DNA of 43,783 nt, taken from assembly GCA_051277175.1 (NCBI GenBank), contig JBNMOF010000001.1, forward strand, positions 1-43,783. Reading direction: 5' to 3'. The notes under the pieces are model-generated. The model did not search any database, was not told where the DNA came from, and worked only from the letters and a program-made list of their open reading frames with translations. The DNA comes from Polaribacter sp. GTDB lineage: Bacteria > Bacteroidota > Bacteroidia > Flavobacteriales > Flavobacteriaceae. Position 1 is the first letter of the stretch; the number at the start of each line of letters is the position of its first letter. The translations under genes and the position numbers were made by a program. Positions 27,149-36,853 of this stretch are shown piece by piece.

Positions 27149-27246
27149 GGGCGTTACCTCGCAAAAAAGCGCGGTCAGGCTTTTCGCACTCGCTTTTTAT
27201 TCATACTTCTTAAAAGAGCTCAAACAAATGCTGCAATCCTTAACGC
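27149..27246 (+). ncRNA. Structured intergenic RNA / repeat element, Flavo-1-like
   Basis: GC-rich island; closing stem GCGTTA/TAACGC; internal hairpins ACCTCGC-AAAAAA-GCGCGGT and GCTTTTTA...TAAAAGAGC. Resembles the recurrent flavobacterial GGGCGTTACC...GGTC(A/G)GGCTTT...CAATCC(C/T)TAACGC element; family name is from memory. Confidence 0.55.
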
Positions 27247-27299
27247 AGACGCCTAAATGGTCTTATTTGACTAGAAAATTAGTTGTAACTCCGGGAGCG

Positions 27300-27731
27300 C
27301 TATATATTCTTAATAACATCCTCATATTCGTGGTAGAAGTCTTCAAATTTTGGCATTGTTGCGACAAAGAATTCGAAACAGTCTCGCCATGTATTTTTAT
27401 TATGAATACTAAATTTTCCTTCAAACGGAATGTAGATTCTATGGATTACTTTCCCACTTTCTAGCTCATACTCGTTGTTAAAAATAATTTCAGGGATTTC
27501 TGATTCTAGTAATCCTTTTAAAGATAGCATTTGGTCATAGTAGAGCAGGTTTACCAATTCATCCGGATTTTCAATATCTAGACAAACAGCTGCATTTTTT
27601 CTGTTAGCAACAAATTTAAAAGAGAATCCCTTTATTTCTGTGTTGTATAACAACCATTTCCTTGGAAACGATTTTCCAAAGCTTATCCAAAATTCTTTTC
27701 TTAACAAGGTTGCTTCTTCTTTGCTAAACAT
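27300..27731 (-). CDS. DUF4268 domain-containing protein
   Basis: MFSKEEA..LRKEFWISFGKSFPRKWLLYNTEIKGFSFKF, SIHNKNTW typical of the flavobacterial family. Confidence 0.8.
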   Translation of the reverse strand: MFSKEEATLLRKEFWISFGKSFPRKWLLYNTEIKGFSFKFVANRKNAAVCLDIENPDELVNLLYYDQMLSLKGLLESEIPEIIFNNEYELESGKVIHRIYIPFEGKFSIHNKNTWRDCFEFFVATMPKFEDFYHEYEDVIKNI

Positions 27732-27943
27732 ATTTTGGAGTTTTAAAGGTGTAAAGTGTCAAGGACATACAATTTAAGATTTTAAAGGTGTGGAAGGAAT
27801 ACCATTTCAAATTGGCAGCGTTTCGCAGTAGTAAGGTTTTATTCTTTAAGATGTTAACAGTAAAACTCCTAGCGGTCCCAAGCGTGTTTCTCAGGAACTC
27901 TGTATTCAGTAAAGTCGAAACGAAAAGATTAAGATTCGCTTTT

Positions 27944-28525
27944 CTAACCGTGAATTTTAGCAACATTTCCACGTTCGCGCATCATCTCCGCTTCAAAAGC
28001 TAACAATGCATTCCATTTTTCATCTACAATTTTTCTGTCCTCATATGCTCTTGCAAATTTCAAGAAGGTGGTGTAGTGATTTGCTTCAGAAACCATTAAG
28101 TTTTGGTAAAATTTAGACAATTCTTCATCTTCCATATTTTCAGCAAACACTTTAAAACGTTCACAACTTCTAGCTTCAATTAAGGCAGCAATCAATAAAC
28201 GTTGTACCAACGCATTTTTTCTGTCTTTCGTCTTGTTAAAAAACTTCTGAAGGCGAATTGCATAATCATTCTTTTGTTCACGTCCTAAAACCATCCCTCT
28301 TTTTACCATGAGTAAATGCACCATTTTAAAATGTTGCATTTCTTCAATAGCAATATTACTCATTTCTTTTACGAGCTCCGTTTCTTCAGAATAATTAATA
28401 ATAATAGAAACGGCATTAGAGGCTGCTTTTTGTTCTAAAAAGGCATGATCTGTTAATATCTGCTCTAAATTTACTTTGGCTATATCTGCCCAAGAAGTTT
28501 CTGTTTCAAACTGTAATCCTAACAT
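27944..28525 (-). CDS. miaE: tRNA-(ms2io6A) hydroxylase MiaE
   Basis: LTDHAFLEQKAASNA, EEMQHF, ALIEARSCERF, SEANHY di-iron motifs. Confidence 0.93.
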   Translation of the reverse strand: MLGLQFETETSWADIAKVNLEQILTDHAFLEQKAASNAVSIIINYSEETELVKEMSNIAIEEMQHFKMVHLLMVKRGMVLGREQKNDYAIRLQKFFNKTKDRKNALVQRLLIAALIEARSCERFKVFAENMEDEELSKFYQNLMVSEANHYTTFLKFARAYEDRKIVDEKWNALLAFEAEMMRERGNVAKIHG

Positions 28526-30717
28526 TTTTCTATGATTTTTTGCAAGCCTGCACCAAAATAGGCGAGTGCTTTAAGTTCTTTTACACTTGCCAATCTTTCA
28601 TTACTTAGAATTAAAAGACCAGTATTTGTAGCTTCTATGTGATATTGTTTATTGCATTCAAAAAACAAAATTAGTTCATCTGTAAAAAAGGCTCTAATTT
28701 TTTCTTCATTTTTTCCAGATAAATAAAAGCGTCTGTTAAAATCTGGATGCTCATGGATATCAATATCCTTATATCCTGCAAAATGCAAAAGATATTCAAA
28801 AACACCCTCTTTATCTAAAGTGAATTTTGGAAGCTTCTTTTCTGTTTGAATATGAAACATAGTCGCTTTTATAACCTGTTTTGCAATCATTTCTCCTTCT
28901 GAAAATTGAACATCAAAAAGAGTACAATGGTTCTTTGTTAAAACATTAGAAATCTTGTCAATCTTTCGTGTTTTAAAATATCCGAAACTTGGCAATTCTT
29001 CTATTTTTAAATCAGAAAAAGCATCATAAGAATACTGCATTCCTTCGCTAATTTTTTGAATAGATTTCTGTCTTTTGGTTAAAACGCCTTCTTTCGGAAT
29101 TCTTTGTTTTGGTAATATTTTACGAAGTGCAAAAGGATGTTCACTTCCCGATTTAGAATCGTCTAAACCAATCACTTCAAAATGGCCACCCTTTCTTTCA
29201 AAAGTTTCAGTATAGTTGTTCATGTTTTCCATCACAGAATGATCTACAAAATCGCATAATGAAAAATCTACGATGGCTTCTTCGGTTTCTGGTATTTGAT
29301 CTAACTTCGATTTTAGTTTTGTGTAATTTAAAAAGCTTGAAAAGTTCTTTACACTTACATAATATTTCCCATCTTCTGTAAACATCAAAACATTTGGTTT
29401 TAAAATATTTTTGAGAAATAATAAAACATTTTTATTGATGATTACATGAATTACGAATGTGATAATGATTCCTACTAAAATACCGGTAATCAGACTTGTA
29501 GATATTGTTACTAGAAGTGTTGCTAGAAATATAATTAACTGTTCAGAACCAATGTTAAATACTTTTTTTATGTTTTCGGGAGCCGCTAATTTGTAGCCAG
29601 TAAACACTAAAATAGCTGCCAAAGCAGAAAGTGGAATTTTACGTAATTCAGTTGCGAAAAGTAAAATAAAAGCGATTAAAAAGAGTGCGTGAAAAAAGTT
29701 TGCAGATCTATTACTCCCTTTATTATTGACATTTACAGAGCTTCTTGCAATTACCGTAACCACATTTAAACCCCCTAAAAAACCGCTAATTACGGTTGCC
29801 AAACCTAAAGCTCTAATGTCTTTATTTACATTAGAACGTCTTTTTAAATGATCTAATTTATCAACAGCTTTTATACTTAATAGACTTTCGATACTTGCAA
29901 TCAAGGTGATTGAAATAACGGCACTAATAAATTCAGATTGGTATACTTTTCCAAAATCTGGAAATGCAAAATTGGATAAAATATCAGTTGGTAAATCAAT
30001 GAGTAATTTTTTATTTATGGGGTATGTTGTAGAAGAGAACATATCAAAATAATAATACAAACCAACACTTAAAACTACAATCCACATAGGTGCAGGAATT
30101 AATTGAAAGTATCTATTTCTAATTTTGCTGTAAAACACCATAATTAAAAGGCTAATAAGTCCTATTAAGCCAGCATAAAACATGCTAGAGTTGTCTGTTT
30201 TAATAAAGTTAAAGACTCCTTCAGGAACTTGAATTAATAGTTCTACAATGCTTCCTTTTGCATTTAAGTTACCCAACATTACATGAATTTGTTTTGCGAA
30301 AATTCCAATTCCTATGGCGGCCAACATTCCTTGAATTGCAGATGAAGGAAAGAAATCACCTAAAGCACCCATTCTTAAGAATCCAAGAATAATTAAAAGT
30401 ATTCCAGAAATAACAATAGCGGCAAGTGTAAATAAATAACCCTGATAGACGTCTCCGTCTCCTAAAATAGTAATAGCCGAGAGAATTACAACTACTAAAC
30501 CATTTCCTGGGCCCGTAATGGTAACGTTAGAGCCCCCAATTAAAGAAACTACAATACCACCAACAATTGCAGCAATAATACCAGAAATTGGTGGTGCTCC
30601 AGATGCTAATGCCAATCCTAGTCCTAAAGGAAGTGCAATTAACGAGACTACAAAACCAGAAAATAGATTTTGGGGAATTTCACCTAAAAAGGTTTTAAAT
30701 GTATTTTTCTTTTGCAT
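28519..30717 (-). CDS. SulP family inorganic anion transporter with STAS-like domain and C-terminal extension
   Basis: SGFVVSLIALPLGLGLALASGAPP, TITGP, ASIESLLS, VIARSSVNV, IPLSALAAILV, IVDFSLCDFVDHS. Confidence 0.93.
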   Translation of the reverse strand: MQKKNTFKTFLGEIPQNLFSGFVVSLIALPLGLGLALASGAPPISGIIAAIVGGIVVSLIGGSNVTITGPGNGLVVVILSAITILGDGDVYQGYLFTLAAIVISGILLIILGFLRMGALGDFFPSSAIQGMLAAIGIGIFAKQIHVMLGNLNAKGSIVELLIQVPEGVFNFIKTDNSSMFYAGLIGLISLLIMVFYSKIRNRYFQLIPAPMWIVVLSVGLYYYFDMFSSTTYPINKKLLIDLPTDILSNFAFPDFGKVYQSEFISAVISITLIASIESLLSIKAVDKLDHLKRRSNVNKDIRALGLATVISGFLGGLNVVTVIARSSVNVNNKGSNRSANFFHALFLIAFILLFATELRKIPLSALAAILVFTGYKLAAPENIKKVFNIGSEQLIIFLATLLVTISTSLITGILVGIIITFVIHVIINKNVLLFLKNILKPNVLMFTEDGKYYVSVKNFSSFLNYTKLKSKLDQIPETEEAIVDFSLCDFVDHSVMENMNNYTETFERKGGHFEVIGLDDSKSGSEHPFALRKILPKQRIPKEGVLTKRQKSIQKISEGMQYSYDAFSDLKIEELPSFGYFKTRKIDKISNVLTKNHCTLFDVQFSEGEMIAKQVIKATMFHIQTEKKLPKFTLDKEGVFEYLLHFAGYKDIDIHEHPDFNRRFYLSGKNEEKIRAFFTDELILFFECNKQYHIEATNTGLLILSNERLASVKELKALAYFGAGLQKIIEKC

Positions 30718-31551
30718 TTATTTTACAATTAAAACATCAGTTGGTAATTCAGATAAAATATATTCAATATCATGGGGGAAAATTCTGTCTAGAATTCCAA
30801 TTTTAGTTGGAGCATTCATTACAAGTAAATCTGCTCTTTTTACTTTGGCATAATGACCAATAGAATAACCTCTAGTCCCAAAAATACTTTGAGTTTTTAT
30901 GGATATATCAGTGCAATCTATTTCTTTCAAAATATTTTTTACACGCCGATCTTCTCTAATTTTTAAGCGTTCTTTAACAATGGTAGACTTTCTTAAACTC
31001 TTGTCATCATTTACTTTTACGTGCAATTCACTTTGACTAATTTCTTCAACAATTGTCATTTTTTTACATAGTAAATGCTTCGCAAATAAGACAGCAGTTT
31101 TTATGGTTTCCTCTGTTTTATCATCTTTCAAGCCATTCACTACGATGTGTTTGCAGAATTGTCTAATAATCGATGGTTTTATTAATAATAGAATAGAACA
31201 AGACGCTTTTCTTGTAATTTTTCTTGCAATAGAGCCAACATAGTATTTTAATAGTTTTTCTTTCTTTAAAGCTCCTAAAATTAATAAATCTACATCTTCG
31301 TCAACACTAGTTTTTAGAATTACCTCTACAGGATCTCCCTCTTGCCATATCGTTTTTAGAGGTATATTTAACGCATCTGCTTCAGAAAGAACTGCGTTTA
31401 AATCCTTTTCTTTTTTAGTAGTTTTTTCGCCTACATGAACGCCAATTAGTTCTGCGTTAAATAAGTTCGCAATCCTAATCGCCTCAAATAAATTTGGCTT
31501 TAGATTAGGCGAAAAAGCAATCCCAATTAATATTTTATGTATTTTTTGCAA
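30718..31551 (-). CDS. Universal stress protein (tandem Usp domains)
   Basis: KILIGIAFSP, GDPVEVIL, VDLLILGA..YVGSIARKITRKASCSILL, ADLLVM..LPTDVLIVK; TTG start. Confidence 0.9.
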   Translation of the reverse strand: MQKIHKILIGIAFSPNLKPNLFEAIRIANLFNAELIGVHVGEKTTKKEKDLNAVLSEADALNIPLKTIWQEGDPVEVILKTSVDEDVDLLILGALKKEKLLKYYVGSIARKITRKASCSILLLIKPSIIRQFCKHIVVNGLKDDKTEETIKTAVLFAKHLLCKKMTIVEEISQSELHVKVNDDKSLRKSTIVKERLKIREDRRVKNILKEIDCTDISIKTQSIFGTRGYSIGHYAKVKRADLLVMNAPTKIGILDRIFPHDIEYILSELPTDVLIVK

Positions 31552-31679
31552 GTAGCTCGTTTAAAGTTTGACTTAATTGCACAAGATAACAAACTTTTGA
31601 ATAAAGAAAAAAACAATAAAATTTATTTTTATGCTGACGAAACATTCTTAAATTTACTCACCTCAATTACAGAAAAAAA

Positions 31680-33509
31680 ATGTTAGAATTAGCAGGAATT
31701 ATCATCTTAGGAATTTTAGCACAATGGGTTGCTTGGAAATTTAAAATTCCGGCAATTTTACCTTTAATTTTAATTGGTTTGTTAGTTGGACCAATAGCTG
31801 CAGCTTATTTAAGTGATGATGGTTCTAAATGGATCGAGCCAATTTGGAATGGTACAAAAGGTTTATTTCCAGGAGATGGTTTGTATTATTTTGTTTCTTT
31901 AGCAATAAGTATCATACTTTTTGAAGGTGGCTTAACTTTAAAAAGAAGTGAAATTAAAAATGTAGGTCCAGTAATTACAAAATTAATTACGTTGGGTGCT
32001 GCGATTACTTTTTTAGGTGCAGGAATTGTAACACACTATATCTTTAATTTAGGTTGGGAGATTTCTTTTCTCTTTGCTGGATTAATTATTGTTACAGGGC
32101 CCACTGTAATAACACCAATTTTAAGGAATATTCCACTTAAGAAAGACGTATCTACCGTTTTAAAATGGGAAGGGATCCTAATAGATCCAATAGGAGCCCT
32201 GGTGGCCGTTTTAGTTTTTGAGTTTATTAGTGTTGGCGGTGGTGGTGGATTTACAAAAACAGCTTTAATGGAATTTGGTAAAATTCTTTTATTTGGAACA
32301 AGTTTTGGTTTTACGTTTGCACACGCGTTGGCGTATGCCGTTAATAAAAAATTGATTCCGCATTATTTACTAAATGTAGTTTCGCTATCAACTGTTTTAT
32401 TAGTGTTTGTAGAATCTGAGGTTTTTGCACATGAATCAGGCCTTTTAGCTGTGGTTGTTATGGGAATGGTTTTAGGAAACAGTAAATTAAAAAACTTAAA
32501 AGAGTTACTCTATTTTAAAGAGTCTTTAAGTATCCTATTAATTTCTATTTTATTTATTTTATTGGCTGCAAATATTAACATGGCTGAATTATTGTTGTTA
32601 TATACATGGAAAACAGCAGCACTATTTGCCATTGTAGTTTTTGTGATTAGGCCTTTAGCCCTCTTTGCAAGTGCCTATAACTCCAAATTAAAATTAAATG
32701 AAAAAATATTTATAAGTTGGGTCGGGCCTAGAGGAATTGTGGCAGCGGGTATTGCTTCTTTATTTGGAAGTAAATTAATAAAACATGGTGTTGCAGGCGC
32801 AGAGTACATTACGCCCTTGGTTTTTATGATTGTTCTTGGAACCGTTTTGCTAAATGCTACAACGGCAAGAATGTTTGCCAAAGTGATAGGTGTTTTCTTG
32901 AAAAGTTCAGATGCTATTTTATTTGTCGGGGCTTCAAGTCCAACACGGTTAATTGCAAAATATTTAAAGGACAAAGGAAAGAGAGTCATTCTAATTGACT
33001 CTAATAAAAACTTTATAGAACTAGCTGAAAAGGACGGCTTAGAAGCATTGCAAATTGATATTTATGATGATACGCTCACTGATAATATCGAATTGAATGA
33101 CGTGGGTTATTTGATAGCTTTAACAGGTAGTGATATGGTTAATAAGGACGCTTTAAATAGTCTTTCAACAGCTTTTGGTGAGCACGGTTCTTATAAAATG
33201 GCTTCTTCTAAAGAAATTTTAGAAGCTACAGAATTAGAAAGAAAAAGCTTTTTTACACCGAATGATGATTATATTAATTTGAGTGAAGCCTATCGAGAAA
33301 ACCCCGCTATTCTTGAAGTTGAGATTAAAACAGAGGCAGCTTATAAAGATATCTTGGAGTTGTTTTCTAAGGAAGAAAAATCGATTCCTTTGTTTATTGA
33401 AAAAGGAGATGGAATTTACTTGATACCAGAGTTTGAAAAAATAACAGAAGCTAAAGAAAATTTAACTTTGTCTTATTTAGGGAAAAAACTAGTTATTCAA
33501 GAGAAGTAA
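31680..33509 (+). CDS. CPA1 cation:proton antiporter (NhaP-like) with C-terminal TrkA-N-like domain
   Basis: IILFEGGLTL, IVTGPTVITP, LKWEGILIDPIG, HESGLLAVVVMG, WVGPRGIVAAG; C-terminal FVGAS..VILIDSN. Confidence 0.92.
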   Translation: MLELAGIIILGILAQWVAWKFKIPAILPLILIGLLVGPIAAAYLSDDGSKWIEPIWNGTKGLFPGDGLYYFVSLAISIILFEGGLTLKRSEIKNVGPVITKLITLGAAITFLGAGIVTHYIFNLGWEISFLFAGLIIVTGPTVITPILRNIPLKKDVSTVLKWEGILIDPIGALVAVLVFEFISVGGGGGFTKTALMEFGKILLFGTSFGFTFAHALAYAVNKKLIPHYLLNVVSLSTVLLVFVESEVFAHESGLLAVVVMGMVLGNSKLKNLKELLYFKESLSILLISILFILLAANINMAELLLLYTWKTAALFAIVVFVIRPLALFASAYNSKLKLNEKIFISWVGPRGIVAAGIASLFGSKLIKHGVAGAEYITPLVFMIVLGTVLLNATTARMFAKVIGVFLKSSDAILFVGASSPTRLIAKYLKDKGKRVILIDSNKNFIELAEKDGLEALQIDIYDDTLTDNIELNDVGYLIALTGSDMVNKDALNSLSTAFGEHGSYKMASSKEILEATELERKSFFTPNDDYINLSEAYRENPAILEVEIKTEAAYKDILELFSKEEKSIPLFIEKGDGIYLIPEFEKITEAKENLTLSYLGKKLVIQEK

Positions 33510-33849
33510 GTTTTTCTATTTCTTTTGCAGTTTTCATAATTTCTGAAGGATATTGGTATAAATCTAAAATTCGAATGACGTTTCTATTAGTTAATTTTCC
33601 TTCTTTAAATGTATAATCTAAAAAGAGGTTGTTCCTTTCAATTATTTCGCTAAAATGATACCATTCATAATTTTCTTTCTTAAAGAATGCTATTAATCCA
33701 ATATCATTAGTAGTAACTAGAACCTTGTTTCTGCTCTGTTTAAACAAGATAAGAGCGTTTTTCTCCAGAATTTCGTGCTACCATATTGGTTCTCTTGAAA
33801 TTTTTATCGAATATAAATAAATAAGATTTTTTATTCTTAGAAGCGTCAA
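33493..33849 (-). pseudogene. Possible degraded gene remnant (84-aa ORF extendable upstream through one in-frame TAG)
   Basis: Frame continues upstream of 33747 as LTLLRIKNLIYLYSIKISREPIW*HEILEKNALI with TAG at 33780-33778; no family recognised. Confidence 0.3.
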
Positions 33850-34029
33850 TTAATTTTTAATAGGAAGCACTTTTCACAAATAATAGTTGGTATTTTCTAA
33901 CTGGTCGTCAAAAATTCGAATAGCAGTATATTTTATAGAAAAAAGCAGTGCTGAAAATAGCTAAACAAGTGAGTATTGTTTTAACTTATAACACAATTTA
34001 TAGTGAAAGTTTTTGTGAATAGAATCTTG

Positions 34030-35742
34030 TTATAGGTCTAGCTCAAAAGTTTGACGTAATTTTTCTAAAAGCGGATTCTTTTCTTTTAGTTTGTTGTATT
34101 TTTCTTCGGGGGTGTAGGCGAACTTCTTTTCAACAGCTTCATTGAGGTTTACATCAATAGCAATGCCGTAATTGTTTAATTTTTCCCTTAGAAAATTCAT
34201 CAATTTAGGCCTTCCTTTTTTAAATTGATCTTGCATTAATTTATTAGGAACGGTAAATGAAATTTTGAAATTTGCTTCCAATTTAGGAATATCTGTACCT
34301 ATAATTGAAGCCATACTTCTTTCTCCTTTAGTATTTAATAAAACAACATAAGATTTCCAAAGCTCCTGCAGTCGTTCTTCTGTAAAAACAGTTTTTGGGT
34401 GGTTGTCAAAATTCTCTTGAACAACTGTCTTTTTTACATCCTTCTGTTTATTAAAACCTTTTAGAGAATATTTACCGGGTTCTTTGTTTAAGCGCCCCAT
34501 ATTTTTCAAAACAGGTCTTTCAGTTATAGGCTTTGCAGTTGCAGGTTTAGGTTCTGAAACTACAGGTGTTTTAACGGTTTCTGCTTTCGGAACAATTTCT
34601 TTAGGAGCTTTCTTTTTTGCAGGAGAAAGTGCCTGGAAAAAAGTAGCAGGAATTATGTAGTTAGCTGGTTTTTTTTTTTCTCCATCAAAAGTGATAGAGG
34701 CAATCTGCATTAAACTTAACTCCACCAGCAATCGCTGATTTTTAGAAGCTCTGTAACTCAAATCACAATCATTTGCTTTTTCTATCGCTTGCATTAAAAA
34801 CGGAATGCTTGCTTTTGTAGCTTGTGTAAGGTATTTTTTCTTGGCATTATCACCAACTTCCAACAACTCTAAAGTTACTTTATCTTTTGCAACCAACAAA
34901 TCTCTAAAATGACTTGCCAAACCATTTATAAAATGATGGCCTTCAAAACCTTTTCCTAAAACAACATTAAACGCATTTAGAACTTCTGGAATTTTATTAT
35001 CTAACAACAAATCTGTCATTCCAAAATAAGTGTCATAATCTAACACATTTAAGTTTTCTGTAACGGCTTCTCTGGTTAAATTTTTTCCAGAAAAACTAAC
35101 CACTCTGTCAAAAATTGACAAAGCATCTCGCATTGCCCCATCTGCTTTTTGTGCAATAATATGTAAGGCATCATCTTCTGCTGTAATATTTTCTTTTTCG
35201 CTGATTGTTTTTAGATAGTTTTTTGCATCTAAAACGCCAATTCTTTTGAAGTCAAAAATCTGACAACGAGATAAGATTGTAGGAATTATTTTATGTTTTT
35301 CTGTAGTTGCCAAAATAAAAATAGCATGTGCAGGTGGTTCTTCTAACGTTTTTAAAAACGCATTAAATGCTGCCTGAGACAACATGTGAACCTCATCGAT
35401 GATATACACTTTGTATTTACCCGTTTGGGGCGGAATTCTAACTTGATCGGTTAGACTCCTAATATCATCAACAGAATTGTTAGAAGCAGCATCGAGCTCA
35501 AAAATGTTAAAAGCAAAATCTTCTTCTTCCGTGTTTTCTGCGTCTTGTTGATTAATTCTCTTGGCCAAAATCCGAGCACAAGAAGTTTTACCAACTCCAC
35601 GAGGTCCTGTAAATAGTAAAGCTTGCGCTAAATGATTGTTTTTTATAGCATTTTCTAACGTATTGGTTATGGCTTGTTGCCCAACAACATCCTCAAATCT
35701 TTTAGGACGGTATTTACGCGCTGATACTATAAAATGCTCCAT
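34030..35742 (-). CDS. dnaX: DNA polymerase III subunit tau/gamma
   Basis: SARKYRP, GPRGVGKT, ELDAASNNSVDDIR, IIDEVHML, FLKTLEEPP, TILSRCQ, GAMRDALS. Confidence 0.98.
   Translation of the reverse strand: MEHFIVSARKYRPKRFEDVVGQQAITNTLENAIKNNHLAQALLFTGPRGVGKTSCARILAKRINQQDAENTEEEDFAFNIFELDAASNNSVDDIRSLTDQVRIPPQTGKYKVYIIDEVHMLSQAAFNAFLKTLEEPPAHAIFILATTEKHKIIPTILSRCQIFDFKRIGVLDAKNYLKTISEKENITAEDDALHIIAQKADGAMRDALSIFDRVVSFSGKNLTREAVTENLNVLDYDTYFGMTDLLLDNKIPEVLNAFNVVLGKGFEGHHFINGLASHFRDLLVAKDKVTLELLEVGDNAKKKYLTQATKASIPFLMQAIEKANDCDLSYRASKNQRLLVELSLMQIASITFDGEKKKPANYIIPATFFQALSPAKKKAPKEIVPKAETVKTPVVSEPKPATAKPITERPVLKNMGRLNKEPGKYSLKGFNKQKDVKKTVVQENFDNHPKTVFTEERLQELWKSYVVLLNTKGERSMASIIGTDIPKLEANFKISFTVPNKLMQDQFKKGRPKLMNFLREKLNNYGIAIDVNLNEAVEKKFAYTPEEKYNKLKEKNPLLEKLRQTFELDL
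34653..34680 (-). other. Putative programmed slippage/frameshift site in dnaX (G-A11)
   Basis: Minus strand GAA AAA AAA AAA CCA GCT AAC TAC ATA; adding one A gives TAA at 34663-34661 and removing one A gives TAA at 34655-34653. Confidence 0.75.
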
Positions 35743-35849
35743 TAATATATTTTGAGTTCAAGGTCTGTTTGCGTGCAATTAAAAATTAAAAAATTGTAAT
35801 TTTTCTAATGCACTCAAGTTGACAATACTTTTGTTATTAAATTACTCAA

Positions 35850-35857
35850 CAAAAATA
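35850..35857 (-). promoter_or_regulatory. -7 element TATTTTTG upstream of dnaX
   Basis: Exact TAnnTTTG about 107 nt upstream of ATG. Confidence 0.5.
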
Positions 35858-36060
35858 ACCATCTAAAGCCTTTTACACAAAAAGGTTTCTTAACAAAAAG
35901 CTAAAGTTGTAAACAACTGTAAAAAGATATGTAATTTTACGACTTATAAAGTAATTCAGGGTTTTTTATTTTGAATCAGGAGTTCGGTAAATTATACGAT
36001 ACGGGAGTTATTTATTTTGGTGCAATTTTTATAATAAACAATAATAATATAAATTTAAAA

Positions 36061-36723
36061 ATGAAAATTATAAAATCGATTTTAGCAATTAGTTTTTCAA
36101 TAGTATTAGTTTCTTGTTTTGGTTTTTCTGAGAAAAAGGAAAACATTCAAAATACAGAGAAAGCAACATTTATTCCGCAGGAAGGCACCAAAGTGGCTTA
36201 TTTTGCTAGTGGATGTTTTTGGTGTGTAGAAGCTGTTTTTGAAAGTGTATATGGAGTAGAGGAGGCGGTTTCAGGTTATGCTGGTGGAAATACTTTAAAT
36301 CCAACATACAAAAAAATTGGAACAGGAAAAACGGGTCATTCAGAAACGGTGGCCGTGTATTACAACCCTGATGAAGTAAGTTTTGAGACTTTAGTTACCG
36401 TGTTTTTTGGTTCTCAGAATCCAACAACTGTAAATGGGCAACATCCAGATTATGGCACACAATACCGATCTATTGCTTTTTACAAATCAGCAAATGAAAA
36501 GAAAATTATAGAAGACGCCATTAAAATATTAAATACAACGGTTTATAAACGCAAGATTGCAACAGAAGTAACCGCCTTTGAAAAGTTTTATAAGGCAGAA
36601 GAGTACCATCAAGATTATGAAAGAAAAAATCCAAATCAAAGTTATGTGAAAGCAGTATCTGTGCCAAGGTTAAATAAATTCAAAAAGAAATTTCCAGAAC
36701 TCTTAAAAAGTAACAAACATTAA
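36061..36723 (+). CDS. msrA: Peptide-methionine (S)-S-oxide reductase MsrA, exported (lipoprotein-like signal)
   Basis: ASGCFWCVE, SGYAGG, TGHSE, GTQYRS, AEEYHQDY; ATG 36061 with VLVSC lipobox. Confidence 0.95.
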   Translation: MKIIKSILAISFSIVLVSCFGFSEKKENIQNTEKATFIPQEGTKVAYFASGCFWCVEAVFESVYGVEEAVSGYAGGNTLNPTYKKIGTGKTGHSETVAVYYNPDEVSFETLVTVFFGSQNPTTVNGQHPDYGTQYRSIAFYKSANEKKIIEDAIKILNTTVYKRKIATEVTAFEKFYKAEEYHQDYERKNPNQSYVKAVSVPRLNKFKKKFPELLKSNKH

Positions 36724-36743
36724 ATAGGGCTACTTTATAAATT

Positions 36744-36772
36744 AAAAAAGCAACTCACTGAGTTGCTTTTTA
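36744..36772. terminator. Bidirectional intrinsic terminator between convergent genes
   Basis: AAAAAGCAACTC-ACT-GAGTTGCTTTTT. Confidence 0.85.
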
Positions 36773-36853
36773 TTTTTAATTCATGTTTAATATTCTTTTT
36801 CCAAGATTTAAATAAAAGGTTTTTCACTTGTAATAAATAGCTTGGTGCTCTTT

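Noticed and set aside
27060-27464. 134-aa plus-strand ORF
   Set aside because: Runs through the structured repeat and antisense into DUF4268; no protein-like features.
27724-27972. 82-aa minus-strand ORF bridging miaE and DUF4268
   Set aside because: Starts inside miaE in another frame and has no recognisable motif; cannot be supported without homology data.
35743-36060. SRP RNA or tRNA next to dnaX
   Set aside because: No GC-rich SRP stem with its conserved loop and no cloverleaf or TTCGA T-arm present.
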